Below, piece by piece: positions 9,905 through 19,854 of a stretch of 64,000 nt of DNA. The notes under the pieces are model-generated. The model searched no databases. It was given only the letters and a program-made list of their open reading frames with translations, and was not told where the DNA came from. The stretch is taken from positions 18,237 through 82,236 of the forward strand of contig CAVRTJ010000034.1 in NCBI GenBank assembly GCA_963724125.1, in the 5' to 3' direction. Numbering within the stretch: the first letter of the stretch is position 1; every line of letters begins with the position of its first letter. Source of the DNA: an uncultured Acidobacteriota bacterium. Its GTDB lineage: Bacteria > Acidobacteriota > UBA4820 > DSQY01. A program made the translations under genes and the position numbers.

Positions 9905-12359
9905 TCAGCGTTCGGCAGGGATCGCCGCGAGAGCGCTTTCGGAGAATCCCATCCGTTCGCCGAGTTCTCTGAAGCGGGCCGTCCATGTTGCGGCCTCGCG
10001 GTCCTCCTGGCCTGCACGGCGCGCGTGCGCGGACAGCTCCAGGCGTTTCATCGCGTCGTAGTCGTTCTGCACGGTCCAGAGCTTGACGGGGAAGGGCAGG
10101 CCTTCCACGACCTGCATGAGATTGAACATGCGCTCCATGTGCCCGGCGTCGTCGGGCTTCGCTCGCAGCTTCGCCATGGACGATTCCAGAGTCCCGCGCA
10201 GGGCGAATTCGAGCAGCTCGGTTTCGAGCCCGACCTTCAGTTCGTCGACCTGGCGCATGATGGCCTCGACGCGGCCGGGGGACGGGTCCTCCGACAGGAA
10301 TTCCCGCCTCAGGTCGAGGTTGATGATGTACTCCGCGGCGTTCTGGAAAGACCGCGGCAGGGACACGCCGATGTGCGGGAGAAACCGCATCATGGCGGCG
10401 TGCTCCTCGTAGATGCGCCTGTAGGAATTCTCGATCTCCTGGAGCGTGGGCTCCATGATCCTGTGAACGATCTGGCGCTGTTCGCGCCTGAAGAGGTCCT
10501 TCAGGGAGTAGATCGATTTTCCGAAGTGCTTGTCGAGAAGGCGTATGACGTCGGCGAAGTCGCTGATGTGGAACGCCTCCCCCACTTCCCTGCGCAACTC
10601 TTTGAACTCCTGTTCCGAAATGAACGGCCGCACGCCGCAGTAGAGCACCTGGTCGCCGAGGTGGAGGGCGCCAAAGCTGATCAGGCTCGTCTCGCCCGTG
10701 ATGCGCGAGGTCAGCCGCACGCGGCCGACGGCCATGGATGTCTTTCCCGTCTGCGCCGTCTCGAAAGTGTCGAGATCGGCGTCGAAGCAATAGATCTGCG
10801 CCTTCCTGTCGTAGGCCTGGAAGAGCGAGCTGACGGCGTAGTGCGCGCCGACCCGCACGAGGTCGAGGGCGGCCGGACGGACGAAGCGCTCGTAGAGGCG
10901 CCGGCCGTCGCCGTATTCGGGCAGGTTGGACGCGGCCCCTTCGAGCCTCTGCAGGAAGCCGGGCTCCAGGTTCTTTTCGAAAAGCTCGCCGACGAGCTGG
11001 ATGACCCTGCCGGCGTACTGCAGGATCTGCACCGTGCTGATGTCCGACACGTCGTCGAAGAACCACCCACAGCTCGTGAACATGAGCATGGCGTGGCGCT
11101 GCATCTCCAGGAGCTTGAGAACGTGGACGCTCCGCCTCCCGCCCGTCTTTAGGTGCTTCTTGCAGAACGCGTCGACCGCCACGGCATTCCGGTTGAGGAT
11201 GACCGAGATGTAGTCGTCGCGCGCCCGCCACGGGTCCTCGAACAGCTCGGCCCCCTCCTTCTCGTAGAGCGCCGCCGCCTCGTCGCGAAGCCAGTCCAGC
11301 GCTGCCCTGAGCGGGGCGCGCCAGGCCTGATTCCACCCGCCGTGCCAGCCCGTGCTGCAGCCGCAGTCGGCCCGCCAGCGCTCGACCCCGTGGACGCAGC
11401 TCCAGGAGCTGCTCTCGACGATTTGGACCTCGTATTCGGGCGGGTGCTTCTCCAGGTACTCGCCGTAGTTGGTGAGGCGGGCGATCTTCTTTTCCTCGAT
11501 GTAGCGGAGCGCGTACGCGAGCGCCATGTCCCCGAACCGGTGGTGGTGCCCGTAGGTCTCTCCGTCCGTGGCGACGTGAACGAGCTGTGGCCAGTGCCTG
11601 TCGTTCGAGAAGGCTCCGGCCAGGCGGACCGCAAAGGCCTCGCCCGAGTCGAGGAGATTGTCGAAGGCCACGGACCTGGCGACGGGCCCGTCGTAAAAGA
11701 AGAGGTCGATGGCCGCTCCCGACGGCAGCGGGCACCTGTAGGCCCTCGCCGGATCGATGTGCGTGCCGTTGACCGCCTGCCAGGCGCTCTCGCCGGTCCG
11801 CCTCACGGCCGCGGCCTGGTGGGGAGCGAGAACCGTAAAGGCTATTCCGTGCCGGACGAGGGTTTCGAGGGTTTCGGTGTCCACGGCCGTCTCCGCCAGC
11901 CACATGCCTTCGGGCTTCCGGCCGAAGCGGTGCTCGAAGTCCCGGATTCCCCACAGAACCTGCGTCTCCTTGTCCCGCGCATTGGCCAGGGGCATGATGA
12001 CGTGGTTGTAGACCTGCGCGAGGGCCGAGCCGTGGCCCGAGAAGCGTAGCCTGCTCTCGCGATCGCCCGACGAGGACGCCTTCGTACGTATCCCGGGCAT
12101 GTTCTTCCAGCCAGCTGAGCAGGGTCGGGCCGAAGTTGAAGCTCATCTGCGCGTAGTTGTTCGATATGCCGGCGATGTGCCCCTTCTCGTCGAGGATGCG
12201 CGACGTCGCGTTGGGCTGGTAGCATTCGGCGGTGATCCGCTCGTTCCAGTCGTGGTACGGCTGGGCGGACTGCTGGTACTCGACCCGCTCCAGCCACGGG
12301 TTCTCCCGCGGGGGTTGGTAGAAGTGTCCGTGAATGCAGATGTAGCGTTCGTCGCTCAT
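9905..12359 (-). CDS. Glycoside hydrolase family 57 protein (~818 aa) with C-terminal extension; apparent frameshift near 12060-12075
   Basis: N-terminus MSDERYICIHGHFYQPPRENPW and NYAQMSFNFGPTLLSWLEEHA are GH57 signatures in the frame starting at 12359. After about 12070 the sense continues in the frame of ORF 9905-12100 (DRESRLRFSGHGSALAQVYNHVIMPLANARDKETQVLWG...). The ATG overlaps the glgB stop (ATGA). Confidence 0.8.
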
Positions 12360-14290
12360 GACCCGTGCTCAGGCCTGAGGAAGACGGCCGCCAGGGGCGG
12401 GAGCGTGAGCTGAAGGGTGAAGGGCCGCCCGTGCCGGGACTCGGACGTGGCGGTCACGGCACCCAGGTTGCCCATGCCGCTCCCTCCGTATTCGGGCGCA
12501 TCGCCGTTGAACACTTCGAGCCATCGCCCGTCCAGGTCCACGCCCACCTTGTAGGCGAGCCGCGGGACGGGCGTGAAGTTGCAGGCCACCACCATCCGGT
12601 CCTCCCGCTTCTCGCCCCTTCTCTCGAAGACGAGAATGCTGTTCTCGGAGTCGTTGCAGTCGATCCACTCGAAGCCGCCCTCCCCGCAGTCGCGCTCGTG
12701 CAGGGCCGGCTCGTTCCGGTAAAGCCAGTTGAGCCGCTGGACCGCGAGCCTGACGCCGCGGTGCATGGGGCTGTCGAGCAGGTGCCAGTCCAGGCTCCGC
12801 TCGTGCGACCATTCCTGCCGCTGGCCGAACTCGCACCCCATGAAGAGGAGCTTCTTGCCCGTCTGCGCGTACATGTACGCCAGGAGCAGCCGGAGGTTCG
12901 CGAACCGCTGCCACTCGTCGCCGGGCATCTTGTTCAAGAGGGAGCCCTTTCCGTAGACCACCTCGTCGTGCGACAGGGACAGCACGAAATTCTCGAACCC
13001 CGCGTACATGGTGCGAAAGGTCAGCTGGTTGTGATGGAACCGTCGGTGCACGGGGTCGTGCCTGAAGTATTCGAGCGTGTCGTGCATCCAGCCCATGTCC
13101 CACTTGAGGCCGAAGCCGAGGCCGCCCACGTAGATCGGCCGGGAGACCATCGGCCAGGACGTGGACTCCTCGGCGATCGTCTGCACGTCGGGGTAGGCCT
13201 GGTACACTTCGGCGTTCAGGCGCCGCACGAAGTCGACGGCTTCGAGGTTCTCCCGGCCGCCGAACCGGTTCGGAATCCACTGGCCGTCCTCCCGGGCGTA
13301 GTCCAGGTAGAGCATGGACGCCACGCCGTCCACCCGCAGGCCGTCGGCGTGGTAGGCGTCCAGCCAGAAGAGGGCGCCGCTGACGAGGAAGCTCCTGACC
13401 TCGTCGCGCCCGTAGTTGAAAATCGCGCTCTTCCACTCAGGATGGAGGCCCTGCCGGGGGTCCGCGTGCTCGTAGAGGTGCGTTCCGTCGAAGTAGGCCA
13501 GGCCGTGCTCGTCCGTGGGGAAGTGGGACGGGACCCAGTCCAGGATTACCCCGATCCCGTTCTGGTGCAGGACGTCGATCATGGCCATGAAGTCGGCGGG
13601 GCTGCCGTACCGGCTGGTCGGCGCGAAGAAGCCCGTGCACTGGTAGCCCCACGATCCGTAGAAGGGATGTTCCATGACCGGCAGAAACTCGACGTGGGTG
13701 AATCCCATCTCCTTCACGTAGGCGGCCAGCCGCGGGCCTAGTTCCCTGTAGCTGAGCATGCGGTTGCCGTCTTCCGGCACGCGCATCCAGGACCCCATGT
13801 GGACCTCGTAGATGGACATCGGCGAGTCGAGGCCCTGCTTCCGCCCCCTTTCCGACATCCAGGCACCGTCCTTCCACGCGTGGGCCAGCTTCCGGATCAT
13901 TGATGCCGTCTTGGGCGGAAGTTCGGCCGAGAACGCGAACGGATCGGCCTTCTCCACGGTGTATCCGTTAGTGCTGGACGCGATCCTGTACTTGTAGCGG
14001 TGCCCGTCGAGCGCGCCCGGAACGAAGCCCGCCCATATGCCCGAACTGCCACGCGCATCCAGCGGGTCGGCCGTCCGATTCCACCCGTTGAAGTCCCCGA
14101 CCACGTGGACGGATCGTGCGTTGGGCGCCCACACCGCGAAGTGCGTCCCCGCCACGCCGTCCCTGGCGCAGCAATGCGCCCCGAGCTTCCGGTAGAGGCG
14201 GAAATGGGACCCCTCGTTGAACAGAAAGAGGTCCTCCCCGGTCAGTTCGAATTCGGAGGCGTCGGGCGTGCGCTCAGTTCCTGCTTCCAA
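12356..14290 (-). CDS. glgB: 1,4-alpha-glucan branching enzyme (GH13)
   Basis: Conserved GlgB sequence from LFLFNEGSHFRLYRKLGAH through the GH13 catalytic region (GIGVILDWVPSHF, GLRVDGVASMLYLDY, EESTSWP, FVLSLSHDEVVYGK). The first ~90 codons of the long ORF (to 14566) look like non-coding GC-rich translation, so the start is placed at a TTG near 14290 and is uncertain. Confidence 0.85.
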   Translation of the reverse strand: MEAGTERTPDASEFELTGEDLFLFNEGSHFRLYRKLGAHCCARDGVAGTHFAVWAPNARSVHVVGDFNGWNRTADPLDARGSSGIWAGFVPGALDGHRYKYRIASSTNGYTVEKADPFAFSAELPPKTASMIRKLAHAWKDGAWMSERGRKQGLDSPMSIYEVHMGSWMRVPEDGNRMLSYRELGPRLAAYVKEMGFTHVEFLPVMEHPFYGSWGYQCTGFFAPTSRYGSPADFMAMIDVLHQNGIGVILDWVPSHFPTDEHGLAYFDGTHLYEHADPRQGLHPEWKSAIFNYGRDEVRSFLVSGALFWLDAYHADGLRVDGVASMLYLDYAREDGQWIPNRFGGRENLEAVDFVRRLNAEVYQAYPDVQTIAEESTSWPMVSRPIYVGGLGFGLKWDMGWMHDTLEYFRHDPVHRRFHHNQLTFRTMYAGFENFVLSLSHDEVVYGKGSLLNKMPGDEWQRFANLRLLLAYMYAQTGKKLLFMGCEFGQRQEWSHERSLDWHLLDSPMHRGVRLAVQRLNWLYRNEPALHERDCGEGGFEWIDCNDSENSILVFERRGEKREDRMVVACNFTPVPRLAYKVGVDLDGRWLEVFNGDAPEYGGSGMGNLGAVTATSESRHGRPFTLQLTLPPLAAVFLRPEHGS

Positions 14291-16462
14291 TGAGAAGGTC
14301 CTTTCTGCGAGGTCTCGACCGCCGCGACGGGCGGCTCGGCATCGCGCGCCTCGCCGCCCGTCCGGCCCGTCAAGTGGTGCAGGGCGCGCTGCACGGCCGC
14401 GTTGGCGCCGGCCTCCCGGAGCCCCATGTGGAGCTTGCGCCGCCAGCTCGGCCTCGCCTCGCCCACGCCCGGCCAGTTCTGCTGCCTCGTCTCCCCCCAG
14501 AGATCCTCGAGCGACGCTACGAGGTAACCCGCCCTGCTCGTGCGCAGGTCGTCGAAAAGCCTGCACAGCACCTCGTGCACCTCCTGGCCCGGGTCGCCCC
14601 CCGTCCCGATGTCCAGGCGTTCCCTTACGTTGTCCCTCATGGCCTTGCGTCCGGCCGTTCCGGCCTCGTAGTCCCCGTCCCCCAGCAGGCCGAGTTCCTG
14701 CCGTTCCGCAAGGTCAAGTCCCCGCCAGAAGGCGGCGAACGAGGGGAGGTCGTGCGTGCCGAGTTCGGCCAGGCTCCCCTGCGGAACCGATTCGGACGGG
14801 CGCCCGGTCGAGGAACCGGCCTCGAACTGCATGACCCACATCCGGCTCACGCCGTTGCTGTCCATGGCCCTCCGGACCGCGCGGGGAACCGTGCCGAGGT
14901 CCTCGCCCACCAGCGCGGTGCGGTGCCGGTGCGACTCGAGGCGGAGGACGGCGTACAGGGCGTCCGCCGGGTAGCCGACGTAGGCCCCCTCCGTGGGCTT
15001 GAGCCCGGAGGGCACCCAGAAGAGCCGGTGCAAACCCATGATGTGGTCGATCCTCAGGACGTCGGCGTACGCCATCGAGCTCGAGAGCGTGGCCCTGAAA
15101 TGCTCGAGGCCGTCCGCCAGCATGCCTTCGGGCGACATGGGCGGGAAACCCCAGTCCTGTCCGGCGGCGAAGAAATCGTCGGGCGGCGCGCCGACCGAGA
15201 CACCCTGGACGTAAAGGTCGGGGCGGCGCCACGTGTCGAAGCCGTCCGGGTGGACCCCCAGCGGGTGGTCCAGGTTGAGGCGCACGTTCAGCTCTTCCGC
15301 CTTGCGCCGGACGTGCGCCAGCTGTTCGTGGGCGACGAATTGCGCGTACAGATGGTAGCGTGCGGCCTCCGGGTCATAGTCCGCCGGTGTCACCTCGCCG
15401 CCCCTCAGCGGAGCAGGCCATTGACGCCACCCCGCGCCCTGCCGCTCCGTCACGGCGCGGAATTCGGCGTACGCCTCCAGGTCCGGCGTGGCCCGCAGGA
15501 AGGTCTCCATGGCGTTCCTGCGGGCCTCCGGCCCGAGGTCGATTTCGCGGGCGAGCCTCTCCAGAACTTCTCGCTTGACGGCCATCGCGGTCCGGTAGTC
15601 CACGAACTCCTCGCCGGCGAGCCTCTTCAGCGCCTCCCGCGTCTCCTCTCCGTCGAGAAAGGACCGTGCGTCCGTCGACCGGTCGAACTCGGGCAGGGCC
15701 TCCACGGCCACGTAGAACTCGTTCAGGAACCGCTGGCTGACCGGCGAGTAGGGACTCGGCGAGTCGTTTTCCGCCAGGAACGCGGCGTGGAGGGGCAGGG
15801 TCGAGGCAATCCGGCCCCCGTTGTAGGCGACGAACTTCACAAACGCCTCGAACGAGCCGAAATCTCCCGAGGGAAAGGCGCCGGATCCACTGAGCCCGTA
15901 AAGGGGCGCGAACAACCCGACCTGGGGCCCGTCGCCCCCCGCGGGGTGGACGAAGGCCTTCTCGGGGGCGCCTATCAGCCTGCTTCGTCCCGTGCGCCCG
16001 GCCGCCTCGAGTTCGATGGTGTGATAGCCGGGCGGAACGTCCCCGGGAAGCGCCACCCGGACGCGGTGGAACGCGTCTTTTCCAAGACTTTCGGTTTCGC
16101 ACGGGCGAGGCGTCGGACGTTTCGATCCAGCCCTTCCTGCCTTCGCCGGATTCCATGGCCAGTTCGTATCGAATCCGCCTGCCGGCGAGCTTCTCCGGCA
16201 CAATGAGCCGAAGAAAGGCCCGCCTGCCGGGGGTGACCACGGCGACCGGGTCGATGAGGCGGCTCAGGGCGTCCGCCCTTCGTTCGCGCAGGCGTTTCTC
16301 GGCGCCTGACAGGCCGCCCGTCAGCGCCCCAAGGCTTTCGAGGATGGCCAGGACCGCGTCCGGCGAAGCCGTGTGCATCTTTCCGTCGAGGCCCTTGTAG
16401 CGCACCTGAACGCCGCAGGCCGCGGCCACCTTTTCGAGCACCTTCGGGAAGGGCTTCTTCAT
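14242..16462 (-). CDS. malQ: 4-alpha-glucanotransferase (amylomaltase, GH77); apparent frameshift near 16085-16095
   Basis: N-terminal segment (MKKPFPKVLEKVAAACGVQVRYKGLDG...) is in the frame starting at 16462; from about 16090 (a tttt/aaaa run) the GH77 core continues in the frame of ORF 14242-16203 (LPLHAAF..., DHIMGLHRLFWVP, GEDLGTVP). Start overlaps the treS stop (ATGA). Confidence 0.8.
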
Positions 16463-19400
16463 GGTTCCGTTTCCACGAGCCAGAGGATGCCGGTCAGCGG
16501 GATGTCCACCCAGGCCGGCCTGTTGTTGAGCTCATAGCCGAGTTCGTACACGGCCTTGTCGAGGAGATAGGCGCCCAGGAGCAGACCGGCGGTCGCTTCG
16601 CTGACCGCCAGCACGGGCGATTCGCCCGCCGTCTCCATGTAGCTCCGGAGGAATTCGCCGCTCACCGTGGTGTACCAGAAGTCCGCCCATGCTTTCGCGG
16701 GTTCCTCCTGGCCCCTCTTGATCATGCCGATCTCCACCTGGTGCTTGAAGGCCTGGTAGGCCGCGTAGTGAAAAGAGCGCAGCATGCCGGCCACGTCTCG
16801 GAAAGGCGACCTCTTGAGCTGGCGTTCCGCCAGGCTCCTCGCGGGCTCCCCCTCGAAGTCTATGACCGCGAAATCTTTGCCGGTATTGAGAACCTGCCCG
16901 AGATGAAAATCCCCGTGGCAGCGGATCCTGTTGGCGTCCAGCTTCCTGCCTAGGAGGCGCTTGAAGCGCTCGTTCACGGCCTTGTCGTTCGCCAGGACGC
17001 GCCGGACTAAATCGGCCTTCGATTGCGGCACCGCGCCCCTCCTTTCGGAGAGCAGGTCCAGCGTCTGGCGCGCCAGGTTGCGCATGGACTGGTAGAGCGA
17101 CCGCTGGTAGAGGGTGGTGAAGAGTTCGGGCGAAAACCGCGGGTCTTCGCTCCTGGACGCCAGCGCAATGTGCATCTCCGCCGTCCGGATGCCGAGCAGG
17201 CGGGCCGATTCCACGTAGGCGCCGACCAGGTCCACGCCTTCCTGGTTGATCTCTCCCGCGCTCCTCTCGAGGAGCGGCCTCCTGTCGAGGTACTCTTCCG
17301 GGGGTCCCGACGCAAAGGTAGCGTGCGTAAGGATTCTATCGAAGAAATGGGACAGCACGTTGAGCGTGTACGTCCACGCGTCCCCGTGGTTCTCGACGTA
17401 CCTGTGGAGAACGCCAAGGGTCATGGGCGCCTGCTTGCGCACCTCGTAACTGATGTGCCCGGCCAGCTGCGGCGCGTGGGGAAAGCCGGCGCTCTCCGTC
17501 AGGAACCGGCCGATTTCCAGCTCGGGGTTCTCCCCTCTCTCGAGCTTCCGGTAGAGCTTGAGAACGAAGGCCTCGTCGTAGATGATGGACGTGTTGCTCT
17601 GCTCGGCCCCCACGACCTCGGCCTGGAGATCTTCGGCCGCCTTTCGGACGCCTCCGTTGATCTTTGCGTTCCTGTGTGTCGCCAGCACGCCGTGCCCGGC
17701 TTCGACCTGCCGCCTCCGTGCGAACAGGTCGAGCAGGCGCCTGGGCAGCATCTGGCTGTACACGGCGTCGTAAAGCAGCCCTCTTCCGCCCCTCCCGGAC
17801 AGATCCAGCCAGCATATCGCCGCCGCGGGGTGCGCCTCGAGCAGGGCCTGGCCTTCCTGGCCCTGCATGAAGGCGACGGGGAGCAGGTACGTTTCGGCAT
17901 CGCCTTCCTGGTAGGCCACATCCAGGAGCACGAGCGCCGCCCTGTCGCCCCTGGCGCGCCCCTGCATCCAGATCACGTCCAGGACTTCGACGCCGGAGAT
18001 GGTGCGGGACTTGCCTCCGAACCACCGGCTGCCCAGCAGGTAGCGGGGCAGCGCTCTTTCCAGCCTGCGAACGTTCCTACCCTTCAAGATGGAATCCCAC
18101 CCGTTCCTGGGAACGGAGAGCACGGGAAGTTCCCCTTCCGCCTGCCTGTGGGCGATGGCGTCCTCGTGGACCGGCGCCTCGAGCTCGAACCAGTAGAACC
18201 CGTAAGGGTTGAGCGCGAGGCAGTACGGGCAGTCGCGCACTTTTCCGAAACGCGTTCTACCAAAAAGCTCGACCGGCGTGTACCCCTCGAAGCCCTCGAG
18301 TTCTATCTCAGCCTGCTGCGCGTGTCTCGACAGGTTGGCCACCACGAGGATAACCCCGCCCTCGTGGCGCCGCAGGTACGCCAGGACCTTGTTGTTCTGC
18401 GGATAGACGAACTCGAACGACCCCCAGCCGAAGGCGCGGTGCTGGTTTCTCATGGCGATCAGTCTTTTCATCAGCCACCACAGGGAGTTCGGGTTGCCCT
18501 GCTGGGTCTCCACGTTGACCGCCGCGTAGTGGTAGCTCTGGTCGAGGATGAGCGGAAGGTAGAGCCGCTGGGGATTGGTGTTCGAGAAGCCCCCATTCCT
18601 GTCGGAACTCCACTGCATGGGCGTGCGCACGCCGTCTCGATCGCCGAGGAAGATATTGTCGCCCATGCCTATCTCGTCGCCGTAATAGAGAACCGGCGTC
18701 CCCGGAAGCGACAGCAGCAGGGCGTTGAGCAGTTCGATTTTCCGGCGGTCGTTCCCGAGGAGCGGCGCGAGCCTGCGCCGTATGCCGATGTTGATCCGGG
18801 CCTGCGGGTCCGCCGCATAGGCCCTGTACATGTGGCTGCGCTCCTCGTCCGTGACCATTTCGAGCGTCAGCTCGTCGTGGTTCCGCAGGAAGATCGCCCA
18901 CTGGCACGACTCGGGAATCCGGGGCGTCTGCTGGAGTATGTCGACCAGGGGGAACCGGTCTTCCGCGCTCAGGGACATGAATAGCCTCGGCATGAGCGGG
19001 AAGTGGAAGTTCATGTGGCATTCGTCCCCCTCGCCGAAGTACGCCGCCGCATCCTCCGACCACTGGTTGGCCTCGGCGAGAAGCATCTTGTCCTTGAACC
19101 GGGCGTCGACGTGCGCCCTCAACTCCTTGAGGAAGACGTGCGTTTCAGGCAGATTCTCGCAGTTGGTCCCCTCGCGCTCGAAGAGGTAGGGCACGGCGTC
19201 GAGGCGCATGCCGTCCACGCCCATGCCGAACCAGAAATCGACGACCTTCAGAATCGCCCGGCGGACGTCCGGGTTGTCGAAATTGAGGTCGGGCTGATGG
19301 CTGTAGAACCTGTGCCAGTAGTAGGCCTTTGCCACGGGATCCCAGGCCCAGTTCGAGTTCTCGAAATCCGGAAAGATGATGCGGGTTCCCGCGTACCGAT

Positions 19401-19854
19401 CCCGCGTTTCGCTCCACACGTAGAACCTGCGCGCCCGGCTGCCGGCGGGTGCCCTGCGCGCCCGCTGAAACCACGGGTGCTGGTCGGAGGTGTGGTTGAT
19501 GACCATTTCGGTGATCACCTTCAACCCCCGATTGTGCGCTTCATTGAGGAAGCGCTTGAAGTCCTTCACCGTCCCGTAGTCCGGGTTGACGCTGCAGTAA
19601 TCGGCGATGTCGTACCCGCCGTCCCTCAGCGGCGACGGGTAAAACGGCAGGAGCCACAGCGCCGTGACACCCAGGTCGCTCAGGTAATCGAGTTTCTCCG
19701 TCAGGCCGGCGAAATCTCCCGACCCGTCGCCATCCGAGTCCTTGAAGGCGCGGACGTGAAGCTCGTAGATGACGGCGTCCTTGTACCACCGGGGGTGTCC
19801 TTCCTGTCCCTGTGCACGCGATGTCTTCGGCTTCGTCATGGGTTCTTTCCGCAT
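16459..19854 (-). CDS. treS: Trehalose synthase (GH13) fused to maltokinase (TreS-Mak/Pep2 fusion), ~1130 aa
   Basis: TreS N-terminus WYKDAVIYELHVRAFKDSDGDGSGDFAGL, GH13 motifs (GVDGMRLDAVPYL, FLRNHDELTLEMV) and a C-terminal kinase-like half (CHGDFHLGQVLNTGKDFAVIDFEGEP). The 310 codons upstream of the chosen ATG within ORF 16459-20784 are glgE coding sequence read in another frame. The start overlaps the glgE stop. Confidence 0.85.
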   Translation of the reverse strand: MRKEPMTKPKTSRAQGQEGHPRWYKDAVIYELHVRAFKDSDGDGSGDFAGLTEKLDYLSDLGVTALWLLPFYPSPLRDGGYDIADYCSVNPDYGTVKDFKRFLNEAHNRGLKVITEMVINHTSDQHPWFQRARRAPAGSRARRFYVWSETRDRYAGTRIIFPDFENSNWAWDPVAKAYYWHRFYSHQPDLNFDNPDVRRAILKVVDFWFGMGVDGMRLDAVPYLFEREGTNCENLPETHVFLKELRAHVDARFKDKMLLAEANQWSEDAAAYFGEGDECHMNFHFPLMPRLFMSLSAEDRFPLVDILQQTPRIPESCQWAIFLRNHDELTLEMVTDEERSHMYRAYAADPQARINIGIRRRLAPLLGNDRRKIELLNALLLSLPGTPVLYYGDEIGMGDNIFLGDRDGVRTPMQWSSDRNGGFSNTNPQRLYLPLILDQSYHYAAVNVETQQGNPNSLWWLMKRLIAMRNQHRAFGWGSFEFVYPQNNKVLAYLRRHEGGVILVVANLSRHAQQAEIELEGFEGYTPVELFGRTRFGKVRDCPYCLALNPYGFYWFELEAPVHEDAIAHRQAEGELPVLSVPRNGWDSILKGRNVRRLERALPRYLLGSRWFGGKSRTISGVEVLDVIWMQGRARGDRAALVLLDVAYQEGDAETYLLPVAFMQGQEGQALLEAHPAAAICWLDLSGRGGRGLLYDAVYSQMLPRRLLDLFARRRQVEAGHGVLATHRNAKINGGVRKAAEDLQAEVVGAEQSNTSIIYDEAFVLKLYRKLERGENPELEIGRFLTESAGFPHAPQLAGHISYEVRKQAPMTLGVLHRYVENHGDAWTYTLNVLSHFFDRILTHATFASGPPEEYLDRRPLLERSAGEINQEGVDLVGAYVESARLLGIRTAEMHIALASRSEDPRFSPELFTTLYQRSLYQSMRNLARQTLDLLSERRGAVPQSKADLVRRVLANDKAVNERFKRLLGRKLDANRIRCHGDFHLGQVLNTGKDFAVIDFEGEPARSLAERQLKRSPFRDVAGMLRSFHYAAYQAFKHQVEIGMIKRGQEEPAKAWADFWYTTVSGEFLRSYMETAGESPVLAVSEATAGLLLGAYLLDKAVYELGYELNNRPAWVDIPLTGILWLVETEP